Positions 52,196 through 62,933 of a DNA stretch of 64,000 nucleotides are shown in pieces. Numbering within the stretch: position 1 is the first letter of the stretch; every line of letters begins with the position of its first letter. The stretch is from an uncultured Methanosarcinaceae archaeon. GTDB taxonomy: Archaea > Halobacteriota > Methanosarcinia > Methanosarcinales > Methanosarcinaceae. The stretch spans positions 1 through 64,000 of the forward strand of contig CAVRJG010000051.1 of the NCBI GenBank assembly GCA_963721455.1, written 5' to 3'. The notes beneath the pieces are model-generated. The model was not told where the DNA came from. It ran no database searches and worked only from the letters and a program-made list of their open reading frames with translations. The position numbers were made by a program, and so were the translations under genes.

Positions 52196-52388
52196 CCTGC
52201 AGAGTTGCGCCAGCAGAGTTGCGGCTCTGCAGTGCGCCCCGAATTGCGCCTCGGGATCACAGGAAATCGTAGATTTTCTGGGAGTTGCGATGTAATCGCA
52301 ACAGTACGCGGTCCTTTTCGCTGCGCTCCCCGAGTTCCGCTTCGGGAGCACGGGTCCTTTTCGCTGCGCTCAAGCGGACTAACTTCAG
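52196..52388. repeat. Dispersed GC-rich palindromic repeat, copy 2 (multi-module)
   Basis: Shares 36 bp with 42631-42666; contains hairpins GCTCCCCGAG..CTTCGGGAGC and GTTGCGAT..ATCGCAAC, plus two GGTCCTTTTCGCTGCGCTC modules. Confidence 0.85.
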
Positions 52389-52646
52389 GCATTGGCGTTT
52401 CACGCTGAGGTTATCTTAAAATTGAAGAAAAGTTTATACTGTGTCAGGTCGCCAGATTTATTTGACAATTGGAAATTGTCTGTTTTTTATATACGCAAAA
52501 AAATAATGTGCATGCAAATGTAAATTCATTGTTGTCAGTTAAAAAATCAGTATCAGAAGATGATGTGGGTAAAGATTTTTTACATAATAAAAAAATCAAA
52601 ACGTATAAAGTTAATAATTAGTTCATTTTTATTGGTATGGTTTTAG

Positions 52647-54464
52647 ATGATGTCGGCAATTGAATGGGCTGAGAAATACCGGCCCAAGACCCTCAAGGAG
52701 ATCGTGGGAAACAAGAAGGCGGTACAGGATTTGGAGACCTGGGCTGAGGAGTGGCTTTCAGGCATTCCTGAGAGAAGGGCAGTGATCCTTCACGGGCCTG
52801 CAGGTGTAGGGAAGACTTCAAGTGCCCACGCTCTTGCCCGGGATCTGGGCTGGGAAGTAATCGAACTCAATGCAAGCGACCAGAGAACTGCAGGTGTGAT
52901 CGAGAAGATTGCGGGATCGGCAGCGTCGATGAAGACTCTCTTCGGAGGAAAACGCCTGATCATCCTGGACGAAGCGGACAATATCCACGGGACTGCAGAC
53001 AGAGGGGGGATGCGGGCCATTGCAGGGATTATAAAAACCACACTTCAACCAATAGTGCTGATCGCAAACGACGTTTACGGGTTGACTCCTGCTATCAGGA
53101 GCCTCTGTTTTGAAATAAAGTTCGGGTCCGTGCAGAGCCGCTCCATGGTCCCGGCTTTGAAGAAGGTATGCGAGAGTGAGGGAATTTCATGTAGCCCGGA
53201 TGCGGTCCAGAAGATTTCGGAAAGTGCGGGGGGTGACCTCCGGAGTGCAATGAACGACCTTCAGGCTTCTGCCAGCGGAAAGAAAGTGCTGGAGGCGGAG
53301 GACATCAGCACTTCAGGCAGGGACGTCAAGGAAAATATCTTCAAGGCAATGCAGAAGATATTCAAGAGCACTGACTGTAAAAGGGCCCTGGAAGCTGCCC
53401 GTGGGCTTGATGAAAGTCCTGAAGATCTTGTACACTGGATTGATGAAAACCTGCCTATCCAGTATGCCTGCAAAGACGGGGACCTCGGGGATATAAGAAC
53501 CGGTTTTGGTTATCTCTCTAAGGCTGACCTCTATCTGGGGCGCGTAAAGAAACGCCAGAACTATCGGATGTGGAGATATGCCAGTATGCTGATGGTTTGC
53601 GGAGCTGCAATCTCAAAGACAAGGCCCTACCCCGGATTTATCAAGTACCAGCAGCCTTCTCTCTGGAAGAGGCTCGGGCAGACTCGTTCGAAGCGAGATC
53701 TCAGGGACAATCTCGCTTCTACAATCGGAGAACACAGCTTCAAATCCATGCGCTATTCCAGAAATAATCTGCTGGAGCTTTACTCTCACCTGGTAAAGGA
53801 CGAGGAATCTGCGGTTGAAATTACTGCAGGCCTAGGGCTTGAACTTGAGGGATTGATATATCTCTCGGGAAGCACAAAAGCCAGCAAAAAACTGCAGAAA
53901 ATTTATGATGAGGCGCAGGAACTGCTCCTTGAAGGAAAAGAAAAATCTGAAGAAATGGAATTTTTCAAAACTCCTGCTCCTTCAGGAAACGATAAACAGG
54001 TATCCTCCGGTTCCGCAGTTAAAATTCCCGGGGGAAAAGATGTGGAATCTTCTGGCAAATCTGAAATCTCCGCTTCCCTTACTTCCGAAGGCAAGCAGAA
54101 GATCCTTAAATTTGGTTTTGACATTTCTCCGGAGGAGATCTCCGGGGAAAAGAAGAATTCAGGAAGCAATACGTCTGCTACCCTCACATCTGATGATCTT
54201 AAACCTGATACCCTTACATCTGATGAGACTAAGGCTAAGAATATTTCCTCTTTGCCAGAATCCTCTGAGAAGGGTGTATCTGGTGGCCCTGAACCGATGG
54301 CTTTCGCGGCATCTCCTGAGTTTTCAAAGCAAAAGGAACTTACAAACAGCGAACCTGTTATCAGGAAAGTTACTGAACTTAAGCCCGCAGGCCTTGAGGT
54401 CGACGCCACCGAAGTTTCTAGAAAACCCGAGTCGAAATCCCAGAAGACACTTTTCGACTTCTAA
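52647..54464 (+). CDS. rfcL: Replication factor C large subunit
   Basis: [31 protein letters not shown] and [11 protein letters not shown] motifs; C-terminal PIP box QKTLFDF. Confidence 0.96.
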   Translation: MMSAIEWAEKYRPKTLKEIVGNKKAVQDLETWAEEWLSGIPERRAVILHGPAGVGKTSSAHALARDLGWEVIELNASDQRTAGVIEKIAGSAASMKTLFGGKRLIILDEADNIHGTADRGGMRAIAGIIKTTLQPIVLIANDVYGLTPAIRSLCFEIKFGSVQSRSMVPALKKVCESEGISCSPDAVQKISESAGGDLRSAMNDLQASASGKKVLEAEDISTSGRDVKENIFKAMQKIFKSTDCKRALEAARGLDESPEDLVHWIDENLPIQYACKDGDLGDIRTGFGYLSKADLYLGRVKKRQNYRMWRYASMLMVCGAAISKTRPYPGFIKYQQPSLWKRLGQTRSKRDLRDNLASTIGEHSFKSMRYSRNNLLELYSHLVKDEESAVEITAGLGLELEGLIYLSGSTKASKKLQKIYDEAQELLLEGKEKSEEMEFFKTPAPSGNDKQVSSGSAVKIPGGKDVESSGKSEISASLTSEGKQKILKFGFDISPEEISGEKKNSGSNTSATLTSDDLKPDTLTSDETKAKNISSLPESSEKGVSGGPEPMAFAASPEFSKQKELTNSEPVIRKVTELKPAGLEVDATEVSRKPESKSQKTLFDF

Positions 54465-54843
54465 TTTTTTTTCGCTCTTTGTTCAAAATAATTTACATTT
54501 TTTTCCGGACTGCAGTATCGTAAGAAGGCTTCTTTCAGATTGCATGGGACTGATGAAAAGAGAGTTGAAATGCAAAATTAGAACAAAGTTGAGATAAGTC
54601 CCACTAAGTATTTGTAACGAAATAACTTAGGCAATGAATAATTTAGTTAAAGTTAAATAATCCCTCTTGCGTGTGAAAGTTATTTAATACATCTTTAAAA
54701 ACTGCCTATATTATTTCGCGGTGGGTCCTAAAATGAGATCAACTTTGAATAGATTGAGATAAACTCCGAATAAGCTGAGATAATTTTACAAAAAGTGTGA
54801 TAATTTACAAGAAAATCGAGACACAAAAAAGAGAGAAAAGTTT

Positions 54844-54932
54844 GTGAGCGGGTTGGAGAGTTTTGGGGAATAGTTGGGGAAATAGTTGGGGGAATAGTTG
54901 GGGGTTATACTATGGAAAATAGACCCGCTCAC
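54844..54932 (-). ncRNA. Candidate sRNA A: terminal stem enclosing repeated CCCCAACUAU motifs
   Basis: GTGAGCGGGT...ACCCGCTCAC stem; BRE/TATA-like GAAAAGCTATTTATA on the minus strand ~24 nt upstream (54956-54970); T-rich terminator-like tract downstream. Confidence 0.55.
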
Positions 54933-55115
54933 TTGACATGACTACCTATTCATGCTATAAATAGCTTTTCACTTTATTTTTTATAATTTATAATCGAGGA
55001 TTTATAATTCAAGGCTCGTCTATTTTGCAGGAAATTATACTTCTTTATGTAGAACTCGATAATTAATGGGCGGAATTAAAACCTAAATAAATATTTCTCT
55101 TTTATGAGAATGGAA

Positions 55116-55188
55116 TGAGCGGGTTGGGGGTATGAATTGGGTTGTTGGGTTGTTGGGTGTTTATCTAACAAAAGAGAGACTCGCTCAC
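55116..55188 (-). ncRNA. Candidate sRNA B, paralog of A (CCCAACAA repeats)
   Basis: TGAGCGGGT...ACTCGCTCA stem; minus-strand TATTTATA at 55210-55217. Confidence 0.5.
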
Positions 55189-55503
55189 AAGCTAATCATG
55201 CTAATCCGATATAAATATATTTTGTTTAATGTTTATATTCCTCAAAATTACAGCAGGCTTACCTGTAAATGAAATAAATCTAATTGTCCAAAACAAGTAA
55301 ACTTTATTTCAGTTTTCCTATTTTTTCCTGTACACAAGATAGTAGACGTGAAGGATATACATCAATTTCACTTCGTGTTAATAATAATAATAATTCCTCA
55401 GATAATCTCTTAAGTTCCTCCCCTAACAAAAGAGATATATATAACTAGTGACATTTTGACCCTGCACTTAGAGCAATTCTGCAAATGTAAGCAACGGTAA
55501 AAT

Positions 55504-55580
55504 GGGCTCGTGGTCTAGTCGGTTATGACATCGCCTTTACACGGCGGGGATCCTGAGTTCGAATCTCAGCGGGCCCACCA
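55504..55580 (+). tRNA. tRNA-Val(TAC) with encoded CCA
   Basis: GGGCTCG acceptor paired with CGGGCCC-ACCA; D arm TGGTCTAGTCGGTTATGAC; anticodon arm TCGCC-TT-TAC-AC-GGCGG; T loop GTTCGAATC. Confidence 0.96.
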
Positions 55581-55990
55581 TATTTTTTTGAGTTAAATTA
55601 TTTCTAATTTCTATAAATTTCTTAAACAGTATTGGCTCACATATATGCCTCACATATATACTTTTGTGTATCTTTTCAGTTTTTCTCTTATACATTTTTA
55701 GTGTGTATTCTTCCTTAATACTGATTTTTTTTAAAAAGACTAAGCAAGAGTTGTTTCCAATTTTTTCTCTTATAATTGCCCCTTTTCCCCCGCCGCAACA
55801 GGGAATCCATCAGTTATAATCATTTTTCTTTATAACTTGACCTTTTATATAATACTGATATTGTTATATAGAAAGGAAAACGATTAAGATTTAGAATCTT
55901 TGTTACCTACAAAAAGATACGCTTTAATATTTTTAAAGCGTAACTTCATACAAAGATTATTTTCGAATCTACCGTGGGGGAGGAGTCAGT

Positions 55991-56218
55991 ATTAAGAGAA
56001 GAAGCAGGACTGATATTGCAGTAGATATTTTAAGAGTAGCAATGAACGGGGCGAAGAAAACTCATATTGTATATGAGGTAAATCTAAACTTTAATATTGC
56101 CCAGAAATACCTGGAAATGTTGAAAGAGAAAGAGCTTATCAGGCACGAAAATGGGCTTTTTATCACTACCGACAAAGGAAAAGTTTTTCAGGAAATGGCT
56201 AAGGAACTCAAACTTTAA
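55991..56218 (+). CDS. Small winged-helix DNA-binding protein (HTH_45-like), probable ATT start
   Basis: IKRRSRTDIAVDILRVAMNGAKKTHIVYEVNLNFNIAQKYLEMLKEKELI...TTDKGKVF; RBS GGAGGAG upstream; in-frame stop at 55934 with no canonical start before 55991. Confidence 0.85.
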   Translation: MKRRSRTDIAVDILRVAMNGAKKTHIVYEVNLNFNIAQKYLEMLKEKELIRHENGLFITTDKGKVFQEMAKELKL

Positions 56219-56460
56219 GCGGTTTTTTATCTCTTTTTAATTTTTTATTAAATCTTCCCATTTTTTTCCTTTTTCAGGTTTACTTTTTTTATTTCACTCT
56301 AAACCGATTTTTCTTTACTCCTACTTTTTTCTTTAACATTTCAATTACAAATTCCAGCCAGGATGATCAGAAAGAGCGCCCGGTAAGTAATTCAGTAATA
56401 ATATTTCTGAATTATCGTGCGCTCCCGTATATATAAAGGCAGATTGGAAACATATACACT

Positions 56461-57108
56461 ATGGCGATGAAGGTACTTTTTTTGAACGGCACACTGAAAA
56501 AATCGCCTCAGGTATCGAACACTCGTGCTCTTGTTGACAAGGCGGCGGCTATTTTTAAAGAATTTGGTGTTGAAGGTGAAGTGATAAGGGTTGTAGATTA
56601 TAATGTAGCTTTCGGAGTTTCCTCGGATGAAGGAGGAGATGAGTGGCCCCTGATCCTTGAAAAAATAAAAGCCTGTGATATCCTGATAATCGCGTCTCCT
56701 ATCTGGTTCGGGGTACGTTCTTCGGTAGCCCAGATGGTTATCGAAAGGCTGGATGGGACATACATGGAGGGGGACCCTCAAACAGGGCAGTATCCCCTTT
56801 ATGGAAAGGTTGCAGGGGTCATAGTTACTGGAAATGAAAACGGGACGCACAATGTCGCCAGCACCACACTTTTCAACCTGACTCACCTGGACTGCACCGT
56901 ACCTCCTAACGTGGATTGTTACTGGGTTGGTGATGCAGGTTCGGGTCCAAGTTACATAGAAGCTGGAGGAGATAGGCACCTCTATACAAATCGGACAGCC
57001 AGATATATGGCACACAACCTGGTATATTTTGCAAAGCTGTTCAAAGAAAACCCTATCCCTGCCAACTTAAAAAAACTTGATGAGGAGGCAAAGAAGGTAA
57101 GCGACTGA
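56461..57108 (+). CDS. Flavodoxin-family NAD(P)H-dependent FMN oxidoreductase
   Basis: FLNGTLKKSPQVSNT, IIASPIWFG and YGKVAGVIVTGNE motifs. Confidence 0.88.
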   Translation: MAMKVLFLNGTLKKSPQVSNTRALVDKAAAIFKEFGVEGEVIRVVDYNVAFGVSSDEGGDEWPLILEKIKACDILIIASPIWFGVRSSVAQMVIERLDGTYMEGDPQTGQYPLYGKVAGVIVTGNENGTHNVASTTLFNLTHLDCTVPPNVDCYWVGDAGSGPSYIEAGGDRHLYTNRTARYMAHNLVYFAKLFKENPIPANLKKLDEEAKKVSD

Positions 57109-57184
57109 TGCTGATCAGCCTGAAAGCCGCTGATTTTTTCACAAAAGTCCTGAACACTCTTACTGCTGGAAATGGGGGTATTAT

Positions 57185-59479
57185 TTGACTGACAAGGATA
57201 AAACAACGATAAAATTGAAAGTTGCAGAAGCCGATCAACGGGATGTTGGAAAAGGCATCGTCCGGATAGACGAAAGCTTCAGGGAAAAGCTGGGCCTAAA
57301 TCCCTTTGACGTTGTGGAAATCAGGGGGGAGAAACCAACTTCAGCCCTCATAGGGCGGCCTTATCCGAGCGATGAGGGGCTTGATATCATTCGTATGGAC
57401 GGGCTTATCCGCACGAATGCAAAGACCAGCATAGGGGAATATGTGGAAATCCGCAAAGCAGAGTGGAAAGAAGCAAAACATGTGACCCTATCTCCCGTAA
57501 CGAGGGGCATGCAGATCTACGCTCCCGGTGAGACTCTGAGTGCGGTCTTCATGAACCGTACGGTTTCAAAAGGAGACTTCATCTCCACCACCAGCTTAAG
57601 GAAGTCCAGGGACAGGGACACCTATAGCAAGGAACTCATGTTCGATGACTTTTTCCAGGACTTTTTCGGGCAGGGTTTCGGCCCCTCCTTCGGGCTTGGG
57701 GAAATCAAGCTGCAGGTTGTTTCCACCTCCCCGTCGGGGATCGTAAAGATCACGGACGTGACTGAAATCGAACTCCTTCCCGAAGCCGTGGAAATTGCTC
57801 CTGAGCAAAACATTCCCACTGTTATGTACGAAGATCTGGGTGGGCTCAAGGATGCCATTACAAAAGTCAGGGAAATGATCGAACTTCCTCTAAAACACCC
57901 TGAACTTTTTGACAGGCTAGGGATTGATGCCCCAAAGGGGGTGTTGCTCCACGGCCCTCCAGGGACGGGCAAGACCCTGCTTGCAAGGGCGGTTGCAAAT
58001 GAGTCTGATGCCCATTTCATCTCCATCAACGGCCCGGAAATAATGTCTAAATATTACGGGGAATCCGAAAAAGCTATCCGTGATATCTTCGATGAGGCCG
58101 AAAAGAATGCCCCTGCAATTATCTTTCTGGACGAGATCGATTCCATTGCCCCAAAAAGAGCTGAGGTCACAGGGGAGGTCGAGAGAAGAGTGGTCGCCCA
58201 GCTCCTTTCCTTGATGGACGGCCTGAAAAGCCGCAAGAACGTGATCGTTATAGGTGCAACAAACCGCCCCGAAGCTCTGGACCTGGCACTGCGCCGTCCA
58301 GGCCGGTTTGACAGGGAAATCGAGCTCCGGGTCCCGGACACCGAAGGCAGGCTAGAAATTTTCCAGATCCATACAAGGGGGATGCCCCTTACCGAGGACG
58401 TAGACCTCAGGGACCTCTCCCAGATTACCTATGGGTTTGTGGGGGCTGACATTGCGGCACTCTGCCGGGAATCCGCTATGAGTGCTCTTCGGCGCATCCT
58501 CCCGAAGATCAACCTGAAAGAACCTCAGATTCCAAAAGAAATCCTGGATTCCCTGCAGGTCACAAGGGCAGACTTCGAAGATGCCATGAAAGAAGTCCAG
58601 CCCTCAGCTATCCGGGAAATCCTGATCGAGATTCCCGATGTCAGCTGGGACGATGTGGGCGGTCTGGAAAATGTAAAATGCCTCCTGAAAGAAGCCGTGG
58701 AATGGCCGCTTAAAAACCCTGAGTCTTACCGGGACATAGGGGTGGAAGCTCCGAAAGGCGTGCTTTTATATGGTCCCCCTGGTACGGGAAAGACTCTCCT
58801 TGCAAAAGCCATTGCCCATGAATCCGATGCAAACTTTATCACTGCCAAAGGAAGTGATCTGCTTTCCAAATGGTACGGTGAGTCTGAGAAAAGGATTGCT
58901 GAGGTTTTTAAGCGGGCAAGGCAGGTTGCCCCTGCCATTGTTTTTCTGGACGAACTTGATTCGCTTGCTCCCATTCGAGGGGCCTATGCAGGCGAGCCTC
59001 AGGTTACGGCTCGGATACTTAATCAGCTCCTTTCCGAAATGGATGGGCTCGAAGAACTCCGGGGTGTGGTTGTGATCGGCGCAACCAACCGCCCTGATAT
59101 CATCGATCCTGCTCTCATCCGGCCAGGGCGTTTTGATGAGCTTATTCTCGTTCCGATCCCTGATGAAGGAGCTCGAAGGGAAATTTTCAAAGTTCACACC
59201 GCGAAAATGGCTCTTGCAGAGGATGTTGATATTGAAAGTCTCATTTCAATGACAGATCAGTATACAGGTGCAGACATTGCAGCTGTGTGCAAAAAGGCAG
59301 GAAGGCATGCCCTGCGTGAGGATCTTCACGCAAAAAATGTCAAACAGAGGCACTTCCTTAAAGCAATTGCAGAATCGGGTCCTTCAGTTACTCCGGATAC
59401 TATGAAATATTACGAAGCGATAAAAGGTGAGCTCAGGACCAGGAAATCTAAGGAAATAGAGAACCCCTCTTATATCTGA
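57185..59479 (+). CDS. cdc48: CDC48/VAT-family AAA+ ATPase
   Basis: N-domain DVGKGIVRID; two AAA modules (GPPGTGKT, IFLDEID/LDELD, GATNRP, RPGRFD). Confidence 0.96.
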   Translation: MTDKDKTTIKLKVAEADQRDVGKGIVRIDESFREKLGLNPFDVVEIRGEKPTSALIGRPYPSDEGLDIIRMDGLIRTNAKTSIGEYVEIRKAEWKEAKHVTLSPVTRGMQIYAPGETLSAVFMNRTVSKGDFISTTSLRKSRDRDTYSKELMFDDFFQDFFGQGFGPSFGLGEIKLQVVSTSPSGIVKITDVTEIELLPEAVEIAPEQNIPTVMYEDLGGLKDAITKVREMIELPLKHPELFDRLGIDAPKGVLLHGPPGTGKTLLARAVANESDAHFISINGPEIMSKYYGESEKAIRDIFDEAEKNAPAIIFLDEIDSIAPKRAEVTGEVERRVVAQLLSLMDGLKSRKNVIVIGATNRPEALDLALRRPGRFDREIELRVPDTEGRLEIFQIHTRGMPLTEDVDLRDLSQITYGFVGADIAALCRESAMSALRRILPKINLKEPQIPKEILDSLQVTRADFEDAMKEVQPSAIREILIEIPDVSWDDVGGLENVKCLLKEAVEWPLKNPESYRDIGVEAPKGVLLYGPPGTGKTLLAKAIAHESDANFITAKGSDLLSKWYGESEKRIAEVFKRARQVAPAIVFLDELDSLAPIRGAYAGEPQVTARILNQLLSEMDGLEELRGVVVIGATNRPDIIDPALIRPGRFDELILVPIPDEGARREIFKVHTAKMALAEDVDIESLISMTDQYTGADIAAVCKKAGRHALREDLHAKNVKQRHFLKAIAESGPSVTPDTMKYYEAIKGELRTRKSKEIENPSYI

Positions 59480-59513
59480 GTAAGGACGGCGGTTTATTTT
59501 CCTATAATTTCCG

Positions 59514-59597
<84 letters not shown>

Positions 59598-59830
59598 TTT
59601 ATTTTTATTTAACTACTTTTCTTACAAACTTAAACACTTTTATGATACTGTTATTGCATTAACTGATCTTTAAAGTCGACCAATTTTTTTAATTAGACTC
59701 TTTCTTACTCACCTATATTACAGAGCTTTTCCAATAACGATTATTTGGTTCAGAGACTCATTTAGATATATACTCTATTAATTATGTTAACCAATGATAT
59801 TAAATATCATAATTACTATCGGTAATATAT

Positions 59831-60394
59831 ATGCAGCTTCCAACACCCGAAGATCTTAAAAAAAGAAGAAATGAACTCGGGCTTACCCAGAGCGACCTGG
59901 CTAAAAGGGCAGGAGTAAGCCAGCCCCTCATAGCTCGTATAGAATCAGGAGATGTGGACCCCAGACTTTCTACTGTCCGGAAAATCCTTGATGCTTTTGA
60001 GGAAGCTGAAAAGGAACAGCAGATTATCATAAGGGACCTGATGCATTCCCCTGTTATTCATGTTTCTCTGGATGACTCCCTGGAAGAGGTAGTAAACCTG
60101 ATGCATGTTCATGGTTTTTCACAAATTCCTGTGCTTGATGGAGGCATTCCGGTTGGAAGCATTTCGGAAGAAATGATCGTGAAATTGATGGGCGAAAGTA
60201 AGAAAAAATCAATTTCCCAGTTGAAAGTCTCCGGAATAATGGGTGAGTCCTTCCCAACAGTATCTCCCGGCATTTCTATCTCAGTAGTTTCGCATATACT
60301 GGAAGGAAATCCTGCCGTACTGGTGGTGGAAAAAGGGGCAGTAGTTGGTGTCGTAACAAAACATGATGTTATGAGGCTCCTTCAGAACCAATAA
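59831..60394 (+). CDS. XRE-type HTH plus CBS-pair transcriptional regulator
   Basis: LGLTQSDLAKRAGVSQPLIARIESGDVDPRLST; CBS motifs FSQIPV and VGVVTKHD. Confidence 0.93.
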   Translation: MQLPTPEDLKKRRNELGLTQSDLAKRAGVSQPLIARIESGDVDPRLSTVRKILDAFEEAEKEQQIIIRDLMHSPVIHVSLDDSLEEVVNLMHVHGFSQIPVLDGGIPVGSISEEMIVKLMGESKKKSISQLKVSGIMGESFPTVSPGISISVVSHILEGNPAVLVVEKGAVVGVVTKHDVMRLLQNQ

Positions 60395-60735
60395 CCGGAA
60401 TCCTTCTTCCTGATAGGGTGACATCTGAAGCTGAACATGGAAAGCACATCAATTATATACTAGGATTCAATTAAACCTGAACTCTAAATTTGATTTAACG
60501 CTTGATCTGTCCAAAGTAACTGAATTTAATAAATCCTGTTGAAAAAAGTACCAGGACATAAGAAGGACATAAGAGATACTGTAGAGCCGTTAGGGCACAC
60601 CGTATCAATACCGATATAACTCTGAGTTATTTAAAAACGGTGGGATTTTAAAGCTACAGAATTTAAATAAATTTCCTTAAACATATAAAAAAACAAAAAC
60701 CTATTAAATATTTCAAAATATGGAGCATAATATAT

Positions 60736-61888
60736 ATGGATCTGGAAGATACCCTTCTCATGATGCCTGGTCCCGTACCTGTTGCACCCAGAGTCCTTAG
60801 AGCCATGTCAAAACCGATGATCAATCACCGGAGTGCGGAATTTGCCGGAATTTATACCGATTGCAGGGAAATCCTTTCCAGCGTTTTCCAGACAAAGAAT
60901 GATCTCTTTTTGCTAAGTGGTTCGGGAACTGCGGGAATGGAAGCTGCTGTCGGGTCTGTGGCTGGAAGCGGGGACAAAGTCATTGCCATAGAAAATGGAA
61001 AGTTTGGAGAGCGCTTTAAAGATATTGCCAGCCCTCTATGCGGAAGTCGTTCCCCTTGTATTCGAATGGGGTCTTCCGATTGACCTTGAAATGGTCAAGG
61101 AAAAGCTTGAGGAAGGGGCAAAAGCCATCACCCTTGTCCACAACGAGACTTCAGCAGGTATTCTTAACCCGGCTGCGGAAATTGGCAAACTTGCCAAAAA
61201 GCATGACGCCCTCTTTATTATGGACGGCGTGACCTCCCTTGGAGGAGATGACGTCAAAGTCGATGAATGGGGAGTTGACATTGCAATTGTAGGTTCACAG
61301 AAGTGCCTTGCAGCCCCTCCAGGGCTTGCAGTCGTTTCCGTAAGTGAAAAAGCTTTTGAGGCTATGAAGGGTGTCGCAAAAAAGCCTTATTATAACGACC
61401 TCATGGCATATAAAAAGAGTGGGGATAAACCCAGGCCAGAAACACCTTACACTCCTGCAATTCCTCTTTTCTATGCACTTCAGGAAGCTCTGCATATCGT
61501 AAAAGAGGAAGGTATGGAGGCAAGAATTAAAAGGCACAGGATCCTTTCAGAAGCCGTAAGAGCGGCAGTTGCCGAGATGAACATCGAGATGTTCCCGCAG
61601 CTTAACGAGTACAGCCATTACTCCAATACAATCTCTGCCATGAAAGCTCCTGAAGGCATTGATGGAGAGGATATTAAGAATGATATGAAGAAGCGAGGCG
61701 TAATTATCGCAGGTGGGCAGGAACGCCTCAAGAGCAAGATTTTCAGAATCGGGTGCATGGGAAATGTCACCGCAAGGGACGTGCTCTCAACCATCCAGCA
61801 GCTGGAAATCGTACTGAATAAACGTGGTTACATTGACAGCCTGGGAGCAGGCACAGAAGCTGCAACCAGGGTTATTGACAGGGCCTGA
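60736..61888 (+). pseudogene. Class V PLP aminotransferase (serine-pyruvate/alanine-glyoxylate type) with a +1 frameshift at ~61029 (or a sequencing error)
   Basis: LMMPGP, INHRS, GSGTAGMEAA and GKFGERF in one frame; VHNETSAG, DGVTS, GSQKCL and FRIGCMG in the next. Removing one C in ATTGCCAGCC restores ...DIAALYAEVV. Confidence 0.88.
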
Positions 61889-61897
61889 ATGGGATAA

Positions 61898-62434
<537 letters not shown>

Positions 62435-62473
62435 AGCAATTTAAGTAAAAACAACGACTGGAGACCTTATTAG

Positions 62474-62878
62474 ATGACTATCAGCCTAGGATTTGTTGTA
62501 GCTGAATTTAACAGGGATCTGACCTATCAGATGGAACTGCTTGGAAGAGAACACGCAGAGTTCCTGGGGGCAACAGTTAAAGAGACCATTCTCGTTCCAG
62601 GGGTCTTTGACATGCCCCTTGCAATCAAGAAGCTTTGCCAGAGGGATGACATTGATGCCGTGGTTACTATCGGGTCGGTAATCGAAGGTGAGACTGATCA
62701 TGACCAGGTGGTTATGCAGCATGCTGCAAGGAAGATCATGGATCTTTCCCTTGAGTTCAATAAGCCTGTAACTCTCGGGATTCCAGGTCCGGGTATGACA
62801 CGGATGGCGGCTCATGAGCGTGTGGACTATGCAAAACGGGCAGTTGAAGCTGCAGTAAAGCTGGTGCGGCGGCTGTGA
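62474..62878 (+). CDS. ribH: 6,7-dimethyl-8-ribityllumazine synthase
   Basis: [25 protein letters not shown] and KPVTLGI motifs. Confidence 0.95.
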   Translation: MTISLGFVVAEFNRDLTYQMELLGREHAEFLGATVKETILVPGVFDMPLAIKKLCQRDDIDAVVTIGSVIEGETDHDQVVMQHAARKIMDLSLEFNKPVTLGIPGPGMTRMAAHERVDYAKRAVEAAVKLVRRL

Positions 62879-62933
62879 ATTCCTGTAATTTCTTAAATAA
62901 GCTACCAAAATGTAACAAACCAGGACCATCTCT

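Noticed and set aside
52129-52392. N-terminal extension of MtxX
   Set aside because: Produced by an open frame running through the inserted palindromic repeat.
55132-55272. 46-codon plus-strand ORF (MNWVVGLLGV...) over sRNA candidate B
   Set aside because: The paralogous unit A does not preserve the ORF, while the stem and minus-strand TATA are preserved, which favours an RNA.
55580-57108. Integrated element at tRNA-Val
   Set aside because: No integrase and no duplicated tRNA 3' end (att site) visible in the window.
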